Shown here piece after piece: positions 1 through 18,015 of a stretch of DNA of 64,000 nucleotides. Made by a program: the position numbers and the translations under genes. Source of the DNA: Ramazzottius varieornatus (taxonomy: Eukaryota > Animalia > Tardigrada). Under the pieces are notes generated by a model. That model saw only the letters and a program-made list of their open reading frames with translations. It was not told the DNA's origin and searched no databases. The stretch lies in contig BDGG01000005.1 in the NCBI GenBank assembly GCA_001949185.1, positions 1,973,249 to 2,037,248 of the forward strand, written 5' to 3'. Positions within the stretch are counted from its first letter, which is position 1; every line of letters begins with the position of its first letter.

Positions 1-1485
1 CAGACTTAATCTCGGAATAAAAGTTGCTGTAATAATAGAACGGAAGATTTATGTTAAAATGGATTGGAAATTTATGGGGTGGAAGACACGAGCTGTTGTT
101 GGTTCGGGAGTCGATATGGGGCATTTCTTGGAATTTGGACTAATGGCTAATTTGTTGTTTTTGCTTTTGCAGTCTGTTCCTTCGTGGTGCACAAACGATG
201 CCATGAGTTCGTCACATTCGTTTGTCCCGGCGCCGACAAAGGACCGGACTCCGACGTAAGTCCGTAAATTTTGGGAAATTTGATATCCTTTGTGGTGCAA
301 TGGAGCGAGCGTGACCATGGCTCATGGGTTAGCCGACAAGGAATTCGCAGCAAATTGGGCGTTCGCGTGCCGAACGGTTAGGACATTTAACGCGAAGTAG
401 GCAGTTTAGACTTAGCACGACATGTCAGAACCATTGGTCCTCGAACTCGTGATGCGTTCACGTTTGAGGACCATAATGCAGACGTTGACATCGGTCTTTG
501 AGATCTCGGTGCAAGCAACCATCTTTCACAGGCAATCGAGAACCAAGTGGAACGGAAGAAAAGCCATCGCAGAAATCAAATCAGAGGCTTTGAAAGTTTC
601 CTGCGTGATCTAGCGAGTCGACAACCTTATTTGATACGGTCGAGTAGAAATCGAGGCTCTGTGACTATTATACAGCGCTGCTGACTGACAGTGAGGAAAC
701 TTGGTTTCTATAATTATTGAAGTATTATTAAATTCCATTTCAAAGTTATTGCAGTCTGGCTGTTCACGCGCCGGACGCTGCAGAGCTGGAATACAGGAAG
801 TGGAGTGAACTTGATGCGAATACAGTTCGTGAACCATAAACAGGATCGTTAAAATTATATGAGAAGTTTGTGCAAAAAGTTGGAAACATTGGCGTGCAGT
901 TGGCGAGCTCGTTTAATCAATAACGATGTTGTTACGATGGAGGAGAGGGACTTAGAGGATGCGAGGCTCGCAGAGAAAGGGAACTGGCAATGATAAAAAT
1001 TAACATCGACACTTTTTACTAGCTATTAGCCGTGCCGTCGAATGCATTACGATGGCAGCATCAGGAATACCGGCCCAATGGGAATTGACCGCCCCCATTA
1101 CGAGCGAAACAGCCTGATGAAAACGAGCTTAGCTGACAAGGCTTTTCTACAATCTTCCGTTTGAGGTAACGAATCCGAGGACCTCACGTTACCACCTAAG
1201 AGAACTTCGCATCCAAAACCAGAAGGCTTTCAAATAAACGGCAGCGTCTGCCGTGCGAGTACCTACATACACATCCATCATTATGGTTTCTGGGTTCGTT
1301 GTATGTAGGTTTATGAACGATCAGGGGATTTTGTGAACTGGCCTCCCGCTTTAGCAAAATACATCTGGAAATTGATAAGATGATCGTAGGGAGTCATACA
1401 GACAGGGAACAAACAAGAAAGAGGTCCTGAAAGGAAATGTATCGATTTTTAAATGTCTGGAATAATATTGGTTTGATCTTTGCAG

Positions 1486-8025
<6,540 letters not shown>

Positions 8026-8708
8026 CGATGAACGGCCTCAACTGAATGCAGCAAACATTCCTTCGTCCCGTAAGACAGGAAGTAGTTTTTTTCGGTGTTT
8101 CTTCGTCATTCCCCGTTGTAGTGGTCTTTCAAGTTCTCGATGCATTCGCATTATGGTGATGGAAAAGCTTGCCAAGCAGTCTCATGTGTCTTTTCCCGGT
8201 GGTCCCATTGCAGGCTGCATGTTTTCCATTTTTAGAATCAATAAACGCAGAGTTTAACTTGGATTATACCCTTATTTATCTTTCACTAAATATCTCGGTC
8301 GAAAACCTTTGTGTTTTAGCAGTGCTTTGTCTTCTTCCGACCCAAAAGTTTATAAAAGACCTGTGGAATGAGCTAGTAAATTTCTTTCGGTCTGTCTGTT
8401 TAGTAAATGGAAGACGAACTTTATCCAGCAGACCTTCTACTGGCTAAAGTGAAAGTTGATCGCACGTTTGAGAAAAGTTCCCCTTTCTTTCATAGCTTAC
8501 AGTAATAAGAATCCTTGCTATAAAGAGAGTTTTGTTGACCCAACAAAAGGCTAACAAACAATCCGAAACAACATAAGAATCAGTCGAAGAACATTTTCCG
8601 CAATAACTTCAAGTGAAAGGAAACTGAAAGTGAAACAGCTTGACTGGTGGGTCAGGCCTATGGCGATTTTCTCTCTGAAGATTTCGAAGCTTTTTGGAAG
8701 AGGTACAG

Positions 8709-8716
8709 TATATAAG
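8709..8716 (+). promoter_or_regulatory. TATA box of the Gly-rich protein gene
   Basis: TATATAAG ~150 nt upstream of ATG 8859. Confidence 0.55.
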
Positions 8717-8858
8717 CATGAGCAGTCTCACTTTCAAATCATTCGACTTTCGCTTCAGTCAGCTGAATATTTGATCTGTCTTGCAACTTCCAAAGTATCC
8801 CCTTCAGTAGTTCAGTGCTTCGTGTTTCAGTGAGTTTTCCCGTTCCCTTTCCGTCAAG

Positions 8859-9387
8859 ATGTCGAAGCTCTCGGTAAGTATCTTGCTACTCAATTTCGGA
8901 CCAGTACTACACCATGAGACAATTTTAATACTTTTCTTCTGTTTTACAGGTCCTCGCTTTGGGCTGTGCCGTTCTGTTTTCCGTGTCTCACGCTCAGCTT
9001 CTCGGTGGATTGGGAGGCGGTCTTGGTGGCTTCGGAGGGCTCGGTGGATTCGGCGGAGGATACGGTGGCATGGGTGGTGGATATGGAGGTCTCGGCTACG
9101 GCGGAATTGGCGGAGGCCTCGGAGGCATCGGCGGAGGACTGGGAGGTCTTGGAGCCTTGGGCGGGCTAGGAGGTGGTCTGGGTGGACTTGGAGCACTTGG
9201 TGGTGGTTTGGGAGGACTTGGCGGAGGCCTTGGAGGCATCGGCGGAGGCCTTGGAGGCATCGGCGGAGGTCTTGGGGGCATCGGCGGAGGTCTTGGGGGC
9301 ATCGGCGGAGGTCTTGGAGGCATCGGCGGAGGATTGGGAGGTCTTGGTGGTGGAGCAATGGGCGGCGGACAGGGCTGGGGTAGATAA
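8859..9387 (+). CDS. Secreted glycine-rich protein (GGLGGIG repeats); exons 8859-8873 and 8950-9387
   Basis: Spliced MSKLS|VLALGCAVLFSVSHA forms a signal peptide, followed by QLLGGLGGG...(GGGLGGI)n...QGWGR*; GT-AG phase-0 intron. Confidence 0.85.
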
Positions 9388-9974
9388 GTCTCTCTAAAGT
9401 TGGATTGAGAGTGCAACCGCAGATGCTGTTTGCTTTCTCGCTCGCGCTGTGTCTGTGTTTCATCAGATTTTACTAAAAAGCTAGATTTATCGTATATGCG
9501 CTGTGCGCCTTTGTTCCGAATACTCCCTTAATCTTGCTGCGTATATTCCGATGAGTGATCGAATTTACTATTCCATTCCTAATGTGTGACCGAAATTAAC
9601 AGAGAAATGAGGAGCCCTTCATCACTTTCGCGTCCAACATGAAAAACTTTCGGTTACATCGAAAGGTAGAAGAGTCAGAAGACATAGTTCAGCCAGAGTG
9701 GGCTCATGAACCCACTCTGGTTTAGTTTAAACAGCTCGACGAAACGAGATTATAATATACTGTACAGGCAGTCGGGCACCATTGACCAGTGTCCACTAAG
9801 GTAAGGTTATTCATGTCATGTAATATAACACAACAGGTGATCCTTAGTATGTGATCAGCAGAGCCGGGCGGAATTCTCCCAGTTTTCTTCTCTCCGTAAT
9901 CAGTTTAGAGTCTCTAGTCCGACTTCTCATGATCAGCTACTTTTTTCTCATGAAGGTCCTACGGTGAGCTGAGG

Positions 9975-12335
9975 ATGGCAAAGCAACAGAACCAGACCAA
10001 GCGTTCGCGAAACGGCAGCCAAAGTTCGACCATGGGACGACGCAGTGACAGCGAGGAGGAAGTCAGCCAGAAGGACAAGGTGGACAAGCTTACCAAAAGC
10101 TATCCCAGCAGTTTTTCCAATGTTCAGTTCATCTTAAGTAGTCTTGCAATCGCTACGGCCGTCTACTTGATCACAAAGTCCATTCCTCGACTACATCACG
10201 AAGAATACATCCACGAAAATGTTAGAACTCTAGTCGACAAAGCTCTGATGTCTGGTTGATTGACTCGATTAATTGGCGAACCGGAAACAGCTGTTTGGTT
10301 CCTACTCTGTTTTGGTCTGACCACTTCTTATCTTTTCCAGAACGACGTGTTGCATCCGGGAAGACCTCGGGACCATCGTTATGAAGAGGCTCATCCAGAC
10401 GGGCCCTTCACTTCTCGCAAATCTTCGCGTAGACTGAGTAGGAAGATTCAACAGCTTCGGCCGGTGACTGACGGAGGCTGGAGGAACGCTAGTGAGGATG
10501 TCTGGGCTTCGTTTTACACTGACCGCTGCGATGTCGTCCGAAAGTCAGCTCTCAAGATGAACGGGAAGAAGTTCGAACGGGAGTATCGAGAGAAGAAGCC
10601 ACTTTTATTGGAATTTCCTGGAGGAGCCAACGACTGGACGGACGCCGACTTGTTCAGCTACGCAAACTTGTCCAGGCAAGCCCAAACTAGTACCGAGAGA
10701 AACCGTTAGACTAGTGACTTTTTTACCTTTTCAGTGCATATCGGAAGTTCGAAAAGCCAACTGGACTTGAAGTTTCCTACTTCCCTAGCGGCCTTGAACA
10801 GTATATTACCCAATCCGAGCAGGCCGAAGGATATAACACTGGGTAGGTCGAATTCTTCGAATACTTCCGATTGAATAGGTCGTATCAGTTGCCCGAGTCT
10901 ATTTAGGTTTCCTTTCGACACCAGCTTCTTTTACCGGCATCCCATGATGAGTGGTAGCATGAATGTCCCGGAATACCTGAACGCATCGGTCAGTCCATCC
11001 TTCGTAGAAATATCCATATTAACGCATGTTTTCGGAGGCAGAAGTTCATTTTCTGCAGTTCGCGCTCTCGTTATAGATGTATGATTCACACAACAGGATC
11101 TTCTTCACGTCCAAGATTGCTGGAGTCTCTTTCGCTGCTCATTCCGATGGCTGGACAGGTTTAGTATACGGTGCCAAGCGTTGGTTCCTCTATCCACCCA
11201 CTCAGACTCCGCCTGGAGGACCCTCCACCGACATCATGGACTGGTTCTACCGCCTCTACCCAAACCTTTCCGGAAATCAGTTTCCCATGGAATGCGTACA
11301 GCGAGCTGGTGAAATCCTTTACATAGTAACAACCTCCATCCTAGCATTTCAGAAAGTTTAAGCTGCTTTGAATATCTTTTCGGAATTTTGAAAAATGTGT
11401 CTATTTTTCCATCATTTAGCCGGCGTTCTGGTACCACGCTTCCATCAGCATCGGCGATACGGTGTCGGTCGGGTTCTTCAACTCTCACAAGACGTCCAGG
11501 CTTGCCGAGCTCTCGGAAGACATGAGTAAGTGGGACTGATTTGCACACGAGAACGTTTCATTCAAAAATATTAAAAAAACTGGGAAACTCGGCAGGATTG
11601 TTTCTCGAAGTGGCGCACAATACCAGCCAACAATACCGAGAACGTGCGCCACTGGGGAAAAACATCTCGCCGAGCTTGTTCTCCCATTTGAACTGATTTT
11701 TTTGTGCGACGTCCGATTATAGAAATAATTGGAGATCGTTTTCCATCGATCAAATGTGCTTCAGATACAAGGTATCGTTTTATGCTTCTTTATAGCCAGC
11801 ATAATGCGGGATACGACTCTGGACGAGGCCGCAAAGCTCGAGAAGACATTTCCAGTGTGGCTAGGTCTTCACAAGGAGCTCCCGACGAACACAGAGTTTC
11901 TCAACCGACTTGGTGAACTCTACGGTGCTGGTGGTGACTACAATCGTGCTCTGTGGATGTTGGAAGAAGCCGTGATGATAGATCCGATGTACCAAGCTGC
12001 CTTCATCAACCTGGCCAAGACTTACTTCGCCACAGGGAACCGCCAGAAAGCTCAAGAGTACTTCGAGCAGGCAGCTGACATTGACGCTTACAGTGCTGAC
12101 ATCTGCCGAGTGTACGGGGAGTTCTTGGTCATGCAGAAGCAGTACGACCAAGCTTTGCAGTGGTTCGAAGTCGTAAGTATTCCTTCCACTCCTGGTTTTC
12201 TTTCTAGGAAATGCTGCACCGAGGTTTCACTTTATTCTGCAGGGCGAGACATACCATCCATCCAAGGCCGAGCAGTATCAACAGCTGCAGGAAGAAACGA
12301 AGCGTATACAGCAAGGATCTCGGCACAACCAGTAA
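9975..12335 (+). CDS. JmjC/cupin-domain protein (JMJD8-like) with N-terminal hydrophobic anchor and C-terminal TPR repeats; spliced
   Basis: FAAHSDGWTGLVYGAKRWFLYPP, ECVQRAGEILYI and WYHASISIGDTVSVGF motifs; TPR-like helices LNRLGELY...AFINLAKTY...YGEFLVMQKQYDQALQWFE; last exon 12243-12335 ends SRHNQ*. Confidence 0.8.
11581..11686. repeat. Family P copy (JmjC-TPR intron)
   Basis: AAGTGGCGCAC-N25-GTGCGCCACT. Confidence 0.85.
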
Positions 12336-12647
12336 AATTGTGCATGACTTTTTCAAACTAACGGTATTATCAATACTGCTCACACTAAGCCGAGCTTTCT
12401 CATTCTTTTCTTTCAAGGATGTCTGCCTAGTATAACACAGGGAAGGGGATACTGGTCGTCAAAAGAGTCGCATGGGAAGCACCACAAACTTATTTTCCTG
12501 GAATATATTCAATGCGTAACTACAGTTTCATTTGGACGAGGGTCTAAGTACCCGGATAATATGATAGTCATGACAGTACTGACAGTACCGACAAATAATT
12601 GAAGAATGAAAGAACAAACAGAAACGAGTAGCTGGGAGTTATCTAAC

Positions 12648-13067
12648 TCAGCGGGCTGAGCGACCGGTATTGGGTCTCGACGGTGTGCTCGAGCTCTTCC
12701 GGTTACACTTTCCCAGGATACCTTGCTCGTACATCGTTCGTACCCTAGCTAGAATCTTCTCACTGTGGCTCAAAACTTCACTTGAGCTCGGATTGTCTGT
12801 CTCGCTCAATCCGTCTGTGGTTTTAGCCTGAGGACCCATCGACTGAAGTTCCATCGCCTGTGGATAGCCATGATCGCCGCTCGATGACAGGAAATCATCA
12901 AAAGGATCGCCGTCTTCGTCCATCGGTGAAGCATATGGATTCTTGACCAATTCAAAGTCCTCAGGAAATACAATCTTCGAGGTAACACGAGACGCATAAG
13001 AATCCGAACCTGCTTCGCGCACCGACGGCTCGTTTCTCGAAGACTCCGGAAATGGTTGTTCTGCCAT
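12648..13067 (-). CDS. Orphan acidic Ser/Pro-rich, probably disordered 139-aa protein, copy 1
   Basis: Uninterrupted ORF with ATGG start context; identical translation at 47715-48134; no recognised domain. Confidence 0.5.
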   Translation of the reverse strand: MAEQPFPESSRNEPSVREAGSDSYASRVTSKIVFPEDFELVKNPYASPMDEDGDPFDDFLSSSGDHGYPQAMELQSMGPQAKTTDGLSETDNPSSSEVLSHSEKILARVRTMYEQGILGKCNRKSSSTPSRPNTGRSAR

Positions 13068-13349
13068 CAGAAATATTCGATAATGTGTCGTTCGATAAGA
13101 GTCTCTGGACGATGGATGAGGGATGCTAACTCTGAAAGGTCAGACGTCAACAGGTTGTTTTCAGGGCAGATTTGGGCTCTGTTTTGTCGTCATGGAAAGG
13201 CGCTCTTTCATACTGCACAAAAGACTTCCGCCTTCTTCACACTCGAAATAGCCAAGAGTGCCAGACGCCACCACTTTCAACGCATGGTAGGAAACAATAC
13301 AATTAAAAGGATACCCGTGTACTGCCGGAAGGGAAACACTTTAATAAAA

Positions 13350-14060
13350 CTAGCTAGTGGTTCTGACCACTGGAAAGGCCGAGCAAAGGAGGTAAACCAT
13401 TGTAGAGCGAGCACTTTTACTGCATTGCGTTGCCTGATGCAAGTAATCGTTTCTCCTCGGCAACTTTCTCTTGTATCACAGGAGAATTTGCCAGCTTTGC
13501 AAGGCGGTCAAAATCAAAATACTGCAGAAACGCTAGGTCTGACAACGACTGTACTGGAGAACAGCCAACAAATGATAGCCCTATCGCAAACTCGTTCTTT
13601 CCTAAGTCAAGAACCACGCTTGGCAGGGTTGTCCCTTGCGCCTTGTGCACCGTAGCCGCATGTGCGAGTGAAGGGAATTCCGTGATAGCGGCTTTCCCCA
13701 AGGGCTGAACCATGTCCTTTGAATGGATCGATAGGAACGATCCTAGGTACGATGGGACTGAACAAAGGTCCCGTGTAATCATGATCTTCAGTCGATTCAA
13801 TCGAGTCACTCTCTGATCGCCGAAATAAACGGGTGGCCAATAATTGATGACAGGCCAATAATTATGTTAGTTACGTGTACTGCCATCTTAAGTCGTAACT
13901 TGTGACTCACAGTACGGTTCCCCAGTAAAATTTTTAATCGCCCCGATCAAGTGGCGTGTCTGTTTTCAGTACTGTGTTTGCGATATCTGAAAGCTCGAAG
14001 AATATGATCGTCCATTGAAATCTCGACAGACTTAAAAGGGCATCGCTTCGCTCGGCCTGA
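13350..14060 (-). mobile_element. Non-autonomous Helitron-type element (711 bp) carrying a Pif1 helicase C-terminal fragment
   Basis: Minus strand begins TC(aggccgagcgaagcga) and ends with hairpin agtggt-caga-accact then CTAG; inserted A^T without TSD; empty site seen in the paralogous copy at 47433/47434; internal FPSLAHAATVHKAQGTTLPSVVLDLGKNEFAIGLSFVGCSPV resembles Pif1 motifs V/VI. Confidence 0.88.
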
Positions 14061-14205
14061 TAATCTATCGGGCTTCCGCTGGCTTTAATGTTATCGAACG
14101 TGAGAGAAGCGAGTGTTGCATACAGTAAATGAGAAAACTTCTGGACGGTCATCAAAGCGTACTCCCTTCCGGAAGTAGTTTACTATCTCTCGATGCTCGA
14201 TATAG

Positions 14206-15836
14206 TCAAAAACTGTGTAGAAAGCCAGAAGAAAGTGTAGCGTCGTTTTTCTCAGCTTTTTCCCATTCTATGGAACCAAAATCAATTTCTTCTTCGTTTG
14301 CGAATAGGTCCGGTTCCAGTCTACGAACAAAAGCTGAGTTGTACACAGGCTCAGCTTACGAAACGACGAAGCCGAATCAAAATTACCTTCTTAAATGAGT
14401 CGTCCACGTTTCCGTCCACAACATTTTGGCCATCTTGGCCACCTTCTTGGTGATACGTTCGATCATGCGGTCGGTCACCTCAGCCGTATACGTGTTTAGG
14501 TTACGAAGCATGGTAGATACAGCTTCCGGAATATTGTTCATGTCCAGCTTCACTATCACTGGTACATGAGCGTCCTGCTGGTAATAGTCCGGTAATGGCA
14601 GAAAGACAAGACCGTATAACGGTACAAGGTTATACCACTCTTTTTCTCTGGCGAGGGCTCTCTCCTCATACTCGTTTGCCCAAAATCTTGCCTCCAGGAG
14701 AAAATGGCATCCTTGAGAACCACTTTTTGCAAGTTCGAAACTCGGTCTCTGGCAAACTCCTTCTTTCCTCTAAAGATAAAAACAGCAACTGAGAAACCGA
14801 GCACCTCTGTGCCCACGATAAAAAAATTCGAATCGATGTACTACTTGTAAGATTTAAATACTTTGCTTGAACTCACGGGGACACGAACTTGAAGATGGCA
14901 GACAAGTCGGGTCGCCCCCCTCGACCCAAAAGTTCTCGAGGCCCAAATACGTAACGGAAGGTGAGTTTGCTAAAGCATGGGTTATAACTCGCACAAACTT
15001 CGGTAGATAAAACTCGCATATATGGACAGAGGTTGGATCGGTCAAGTCAACAGGGGGAAATTGCGAAGGAGAGAAGCTGACGTGGAGAACCCGGGTCGCT
15101 GGCTTTACGAATCGCATCAACCCGTTGAATGAAGGTTGCTCTCTTCTCGAAGACCAGTGTGGTCTCTCAATCTGAACCCGTTCTCCCATGAAGCAGTATC
15201 CAAACTGATCGAGCAGGTCGAATACCCGTACAGGAGGACCTTCGTATCTGCTGGTCAGCTGCCCGGTGGGAAAATTAGTGTTATTTCCCATCTCGGAAAT
15301 GTCCATATGAAGGCCTTTGTTCAAGGTCGGAGAGGCCAGCTCATATTTCCAATAGGAGCTAACTCTACAAAACGAGCATAATATTCTGAACATGAAGAAA
15401 CGAATGAAGAGAATGCACAACGTTACCCCGAAAGGCGAAGTCGATTCATAACGTCCACATAGAGAAAGACCTCGCGTAGAGCATAAGGAGGGATATCTTT
15501 GATATTCGGTCGATAGGCCACTGCGCTGAGAACCTATCAGAATCTCTCATCGGTGAGGTCTTCATATTGTTAATAGAAAAAGAGGTTTCTTTTTGTAGAA
15601 GGATTTTGGCAAGGAAACCTTTGGGAACGAACGGAGCACGTTTCTGCATGACACAGTAGTTGCGAGTAATCGCCCGCGAGCTTTGTAATCTTCAACAGCG
15701 TATCCACGGCGCTTCTTCACAACAACTTTTTAATCAGACAGAAATGCAACAAGCATACTTCGTGTTGCTGTTTCTGCTGGATGCCGGTGTCGCAGAATGT
15801 ACACCACATAGAAAAGTCGGTAGGCAATCGCAACAT
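14206..15836 (-). CDS. F-box-containing protein, otherwise unknown; spliced
   Basis: Spliced IKDIPPYALREVFLYVDVMNRLRLSG|VSSYWKYEL fits the F-box pattern; further exons at ~15365-14930, ~14577-14387 and ~14355-14206 with GT-AG borders; start codon uncertain. Confidence 0.65.
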
Positions 15837-15962
15837 GTACAGATGATTCTCACTAAACTCGTACACCGGTTTCCCACGAGCCCAAGAGCACACATGGATT
15901 TATCGGATATACAGCATTACAAGCGCACACCGATATTTTAAGTTCCATGCAGAACGCAGCTT

Positions 15963-18015
15963 TCATCCGCGAATCATGGCCGCGAGAACTGATCTGTAGT
16001 TGCAGATGTTCTCTCCCTGAAGAAAACCGTATGGTGATTAAGACAGGCACAGTATGTACCGTATGAAAACGAAATTCGGGGCGAAGAAACCTGTGGCTTA
16101 CCGTTATTACTGTGTCGAGGCTCGTGTTATACAGTTTCTGGAATTCATCCCGGATATTCCCGAGATCCTTCTCACTTCGAGACACTATGAGCCGTATCAG
16201 TCGTTTATCTTGTCCCTCACTCCGGAGCGCTTTCTGCAGATTTTCTGCGAAGAAGCCCTCTTTGCTCTTAGCAATCCTTACTATAACGAGATCAAGTTAT
16301 GGCTTTCTTCAAAGAACGAAGACGTCTGCGGTATCTAACTTACCAATGGTCAGCAAGGCCGGGGATATGTCCGGAGGAATCGACCGTGATATAATCTTCT
16401 CCGTTTCCGCCTTCGCCACTCTCTCAAACTCTTTCAAGGTCATTCTTAATTGAGCATACGAAGGATTGGCAAGCATGATCACCTGCAAATCAAGAACGAT
16501 GTGAACCATGTTCCAGTCCGAAGCGCTTGAAAAATATGAATATAGTACTCACGAACGTACTAGCTACTTGGCTAGCAGGAAGCTTTTCCGAGATTGGTTC
16601 CAGAAGCAACTGTGCCTCCTATGACATAAGAAGAAAACTTAGTGGTGGATACAAATAGAATCTCGCTACACAAACTCGACAAATTGGGTTTGTAAGCGGC
16701 GCACGTTTACAGTGTTAGTGACTGCAAGTGTGCGCCAGCTGGGGAAAACGATCTTGTCGAGTTTGTTCGCCTAAGTCTCAAATGCCAGCGAAGAGCGATC
16801 GATGGAAGAACTTACTAGTCTAGCTTGGTCCTTCAACTGTATCGGGTCCGTCGCGTCACTCGTGTCTTCATCTCGAATACCCTGGTTGAAGGTTAGCGAG
16901 GTGTAAATACACTAGGCATCGTTTATAAGGTCTATTCGAGCCAGAGACTTACCAATGCAATAGCCATCATCAGCCGGCGGAAGTCACCGCTACTTTTCGA
17001 GGTAACATCTTCCACAAGATCTCTTTGGTACACTACATTGAAACAAAAGACTTTGGGATGAAACAAAAGTGCGCTTGGCCTTGGCGATCCAGCCGGACGT
17101 GGAGCTGGAGCCAAAATTATGTCTAGCCAAAACCGATAATGTTTCACCGACAACTATCTCATCAGTTTACACACATTACACAACATAAGCTTCCTACGTA
17201 GACACAGTACCAAACGTTTGGCAGCACCACGAAGTAAAGTCCTGTCTGCACTTGAGTGAGCGCAGACTATAGAGACAGACCACGGCAGTCGACTTACATG
17301 TTGTGTAAGCGTCTCGTAATGCCTCGAGTTCTGCATTTGTCCTTGTACAGATGATCTCCAATAAGGTTTCCTCATCAGGGAGGTTACCCTATAACAAGGC
17401 ATACATGGTGTCACAATCTCACAGAGGTCCCGGAATGTTGCCATATAGTAATATCCAACTCAAACTTACCTGTATGGCTTCGTGTATAGAGACTGCATCG
17501 TGCACTTCCGGTAATAGGAACAAAGCGTTGAAGACGTCGTGCATGTGGTCACCCATCTGCATCTTTAGCAAACCCAAGAGATCCTACATGAACAGAAACG
17601 ACGTTTCAATCTGCCGCTCACACTCATACTTGGTTTGCACGAAAATGAAACGCACTGGAATAGCGACCAGCGTTGAGGAATTACCGACGGAAGTGCATCA
17701 TGATACGAACCTGTCCGTAACATTCGAGGAAGCTAGCTGCAATTTCCTGTCGTTGCCTGTTCGAACGATGTGTTAGAACTTCTACGACTTCCAGTTCTCT
17801 GTCCCCTGAAGAATGAAAACCGGATTACAGGCGGAAAGGAAAACTGTGCGCAGTCTATATAAGCATATATACGACTTGCCTCCTTGCAATGCCATCCACA
17901 GGAAGTTCGCATCGCTCTTGGCGTCGAAAGGACATATGTCCTTAACGATAGGAATATCGGGAAGTTTAGCCTCGAAAAGTATATCTGGTACTTTACGGGA
18001 TTTCCGTGGTGGCAT
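15963..18015 (-). CDS. Divergent annexin (four repeats); spliced
   Basis: FDAKSDANFLWMALQG, EVLTHRSNRQRQEI, EETLLEIICTRTNAEL, RDLVEDVTSKSSGDFRRLMMAI, SYAQLRMTLKEF, LIRLIVSRSEKDLGNIRDEFQKLYNTSL, final exon GENICNYRSVLAAMIRG*. Confidence 0.88.
16670..16771. repeat. Family P copy (annexin intron)
   Basis: aaactcgacaa...GGCGCAC-N25-GTGCGCC...ttgtcgagttt. Confidence 0.85.

Noticed and set aside
1-1485. Short ORFs at the window start
   Set aside because: No protein motifs; most likely PKC intron upstream of the C1B exon
8804-9463. Long Arg-rich, Pro-rich and EALEASA-repeat ORFs in other frames
   Set aside because: Shadow frames of the Gly-rich repeat; only the Gly frame has a spliced signal peptide
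11874-13349. Helitron capture as the cause of the duplication
   Set aside because: The second copy has the empty site and flanking homology on both sides of the insertion point, so the Helitron inserted into one copy rather than carrying it
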